DNA from: Amoebidium appalachense
Lineage: Eukaryota; Protista; Ichthyosporea
Direction: 5' to 3'
DNA: 64,000 nt
Assembly (NCBI GenBank): GCA_963693365.1
Contig: CAVNZM010000001.1
Location: forward strand, 11,744,161-11,808,160
The translations under genes were made by a program, and so were the position numbers. The notes under the pieces were generated by a model. The model had not been told where the DNA came from. It saw only the letters and a program-made list of their open reading frames with translations, and did not search any database. Shown in pieces: positions 58,684 to 64,000 of this stretch; within the stretch, counting starts at the first letter, position 1, and each line of letters begins with the position of its first letter.

Positions 58684-60002
58684 AAGGGTGCAAGCAGCTG
58701 TGTCGAAGCCCTCCTTGCTGCCTTGACGCTGGACCCCGTGGCTGCTTGAAGATGCCTGTCAGACCCCAGCTGAGCTTCGCAAAAAACGATGCGACCATGC
58801 TCCCTTGAAGCTGGGGCTGACGGCTTACGACACAGCCACAAGCCAAAACTCTGCTGTGCACCGCATAGTGGCGGTCTAGCTTAACGTGTAGCAGAGGGTG
58901 AACAAGCAGCTGGGCCGAAGCCCTCCTCCTTGCTGCTGCCTTGACGCTGGACCCCGCGGCTGCTTGAAGATGCCTGCTGAGCTTCGCAAAAAACGATGCG
59001 ACCATGCTCCCTTGGAGCTGGGGCTGACAGCTTGCGACACAGCCACAAGCCAACACTCTGCTGTGCCCCGCATAGTGGCGGCCTAGCTTAACGTGTAGCA
59101 GAGGGTGAACAAGCAGCTGGGCCGAAGCCCTCCTCCTCCTTGCTGCCTTGACGCTGGACCCCGCGGCTGCTTAAAGATGCCTGTCAGACCCCAGCTGAGC
59201 TTCGCAAAAAACGATGCGACCATGCTCCCTTGAAGCTGGGGCTGACAGCTTACGACACAGCCATAAGCCAACACTCTGCTGTGCACCGCATAGTGGCGGT
59301 CTAGCGTAACGTGTAGCAGAGGGTGAACAAGCAGCTGTGCCGAAGCCCTCCTTGCTGCCTTGACGCTAGACCCCGCGGCTGCTTGAAGATGCCTGTCAGA
59401 CCCCAGCTGAGCTTCGCAAAAAACGATATGACCACGCTCCCTTGAAGCTGGGGCTGACGGCTTACGACACAGCCAGAAGCCAACACTCTGCTGTGCACCG
59501 CATAGTGGCGGTCTAGCTTAACATGTAGCAGAGGGTGAACAAGCAGCTGCGCCGAAGCCCTCCTCCTTGCTGCGTTGACACTGGACCCCGCGGCTGCTTG
59601 AAGATGCCTGTCAGACCCCAGCTGAGCTTCGCAAAAAACGATGCGACCATGCTCCCTTGAAGCTGGGGCTGACGGTTTACGACACAGCTACAAGCCAACA
59701 CTCTGCTGTGCACCGCATAGTGGCGGTCTAGCTTAACGTGTAGCAGAGGGTGAACAAGCAGCTGTGCCGAAGCCCTCCTCCTTGCTGCCTTGACACTGGA
59801 CCCCGCGGCTGCTTGAAGATGCCTGTCAGACCCCAGCTGAGCTTCGCAAAAAACGATGCGACCATGCTCCCTTGAAGCTGGGGCTGACGGCTTACGACAC
59901 AGCCACAAGCCAACCCTCTGCTGTGCACCGCATAGTGGCGGTCTAGCTTAACGTGTAGAGAGGGTGAACAAGCAGATGTACCGAAGCCCTCCCTCCTTGC
60001 TG
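58684..60002. repeat. ~215-bp tandem repeat, about 6 copies
   Basis: Marker ctagcttaacgtgtagcagagggtgaac (or close variants) at 58876, 59083, 59301, 59513, 59728 and 59943 (spacing 207, 218, 212, 215, 215). Confidence 0.95.
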
Positions 60003-60886
60003 TCATGAAGATGGCTGGGAAACCACGACCAGGTGCCCTGCTGTGCTCCTCACAAACGCCATCCTTGCTGCTGCCTCGACGTCGCCGACTGAGGTCTTTT
60101 CCTTATCCCCCGCCCTTTTTTCCTCACACTTTGCAGGGGGCGACTCTGATACTGAGATAATTTGAGATATTAACTTAAAAGATACTCTGAATAGACCTAT
60201 TGTTTTTCCTAAAAAATTATAATAGTAGACCCTAACCACCCTGGTGCAATTTCAAGAACACCGGGGGAGGAGGGTGGAGGGGTGGGGCCTGGGGGGCTGT
60301 GTTCCCTCCACGCTGTTCACTTTGCACACGTACACATAGATGTTGGCATTTTGGGTCTTGACACGGGGAAGGGGGTTGTAGTAAGAAGGGGGTGGGGCCA
60401 TGGCCTCTGTTTGGGGGGGCCAGGGCGGAGTTGGGAAGGGGAGGAGGGACACCAACACCCCTAACGCCCGGGAAGGAGCCCCCCCCCCCCCCCCCCCCCC
60501 CCCCCAAAGAAAGAGAATCCTCACACACACACAAGTGCACGGACGCGGGCGCACACACACACACATACCCCCCTCCCTCCCCCTCTCGTGTACAACAACT
60601 TGTATTGTATGAACCGTGCACAACCAACTAGAGAAGGGCTTGAATTCAATTAGCCTTGTTCTAGTAGCACTGGGGCCACATATTCATTTATTTTCGGTGG
60701 TGATTACTTTATCGAATACATACCGATAGACACACAGCGGCTGCTTCGAGGCATCTAAGAACTACGCGCAAATAGCACCTAAATATAGTACGAGCATATA
60801 TATTCGTTATTGCCTTCATCGCAATCACTGCAACATTGCATTGTAATAATAATAGCAAAAAGCAAAAAGCAAAAAGCAAAAAGCAA

Positions 60887-60918
<32 letters not shown>

Positions 60919-61017
60919 AGAACAATGTTGTCAGGCGCGAGCCTACAGAGACAGAAGTAGGAAACCTAGAAGGCGAGGGAAAAAAGATTTGGGAAACGAG
61001 AGAAAGTGTTCAAAGTC

Positions 61018-63412
<2,395 letters not shown>

Positions 63413-63924
63413 CGCGCACACACACGTGTTCAAACACACGTGAGTGTATGTGTGTGTGTATGTGTATGTGTGTGGTGTGGGCGGTATTTATTTTGGTTGT
63501 TAGTTGCCTTGCCTTTATTTGTCGGTCTTCCATTTAAGTAGCCTCTCTTCGTGCCTCTCGGAAAAGGCATACCTCGAACAACGCAAGACATGCCCCCCAG
63601 AATAAAGACACCTTTGGGTGGTGGTGGTGGTGGTGGTGGGGAGGGGAGGGGGAGTGTCCATTAGAAGGTACACACAACGTAGCAGAGGGAAGGGGGGAGA
63701 GGGGGGAGGGGGGAGGGGGGTGGTGGGTTATGTTTAGAGGGGAAGGGGGAGAGAGAAAAAACGGGATGGGGGCAGGGAAATGAAACATACCCCAGCAGCG
63801 TTGAACTTTATGTTGTCTGGGTGGTCTTCGGTCAGCACTCGTCTTAGTGTTCCCAGACACAGGCTGATGTCACAATCTGCAGTTGGGAAATGGGTTAAGC
63901 ACTGCATGCATTGGAGAAGTTTAA

Positions 63925-64000
63925 AGGAGGTTTCTTTTAGGGATCTGGGTCGGGTCAGACCCGAATGCAATATATACTTTATGTTTGGAGAGGTGTGCTT
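63925..64000. mobile_element. Left end of a TTAA-flanked element related to 47255-47386
   Basis: TTAA|aggaggtttcttttagggatctgggtcgggtcagacccgaa closely matches the reverse complement of ~47348-47390. Confidence 0.55.

Noticed and set aside
58860-58910. Twister ribozyme (UAAC...GCAGAGGG)
   Set aside because: The required L4 loop and pseudoknot partners are not found at compatible positions.

Overview
Intron-rich, repeat-laden eukaryotic genomic DNA (GT-AG introns packed with poly-G/poly-C, (CA)n/(TG)n and (CT)n tracts; the organism cannot be named from the sequence). Almost all ORFs in the supplied track are microsatellite artefacts. By hand-splicing I reconstruct three host genes: a 4-exon D-amino-acid oxidase (-, 6417-9866), a 2-exon sphingomyelin/IPC-synthase-family enzyme (+, 23011-25938) and a 28-exon Sec24C/D-type COPII subunit (-, 27907-54819). 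There is also a tRNA-Thr(AGT) (-, 55814-55886). Mobile or decayed DNA includes a frameshifted non-LTR reverse transcriptase, a solo LTR with a 5-bp TSD, TTAA-flanked MITEs, an orphan spliced gene disrupted by an insertion, two diverged copies of an unknown intron-containing gene, and two tandem arrays with ~215-bp units. The most interesting signal is a family of 5'-truncated elements inserted in poly-C tracts of Sec24 introns. It carries a ~155-nt pseudoknotted RNA structure supported by compensatory changes between copies, and its breakpoints cluster at one site. This is a candidate undescribed ribozyme or cis-element of a homopolymer-targeting retroelement. All alignments and folds were done by eye and need computational confirmation.
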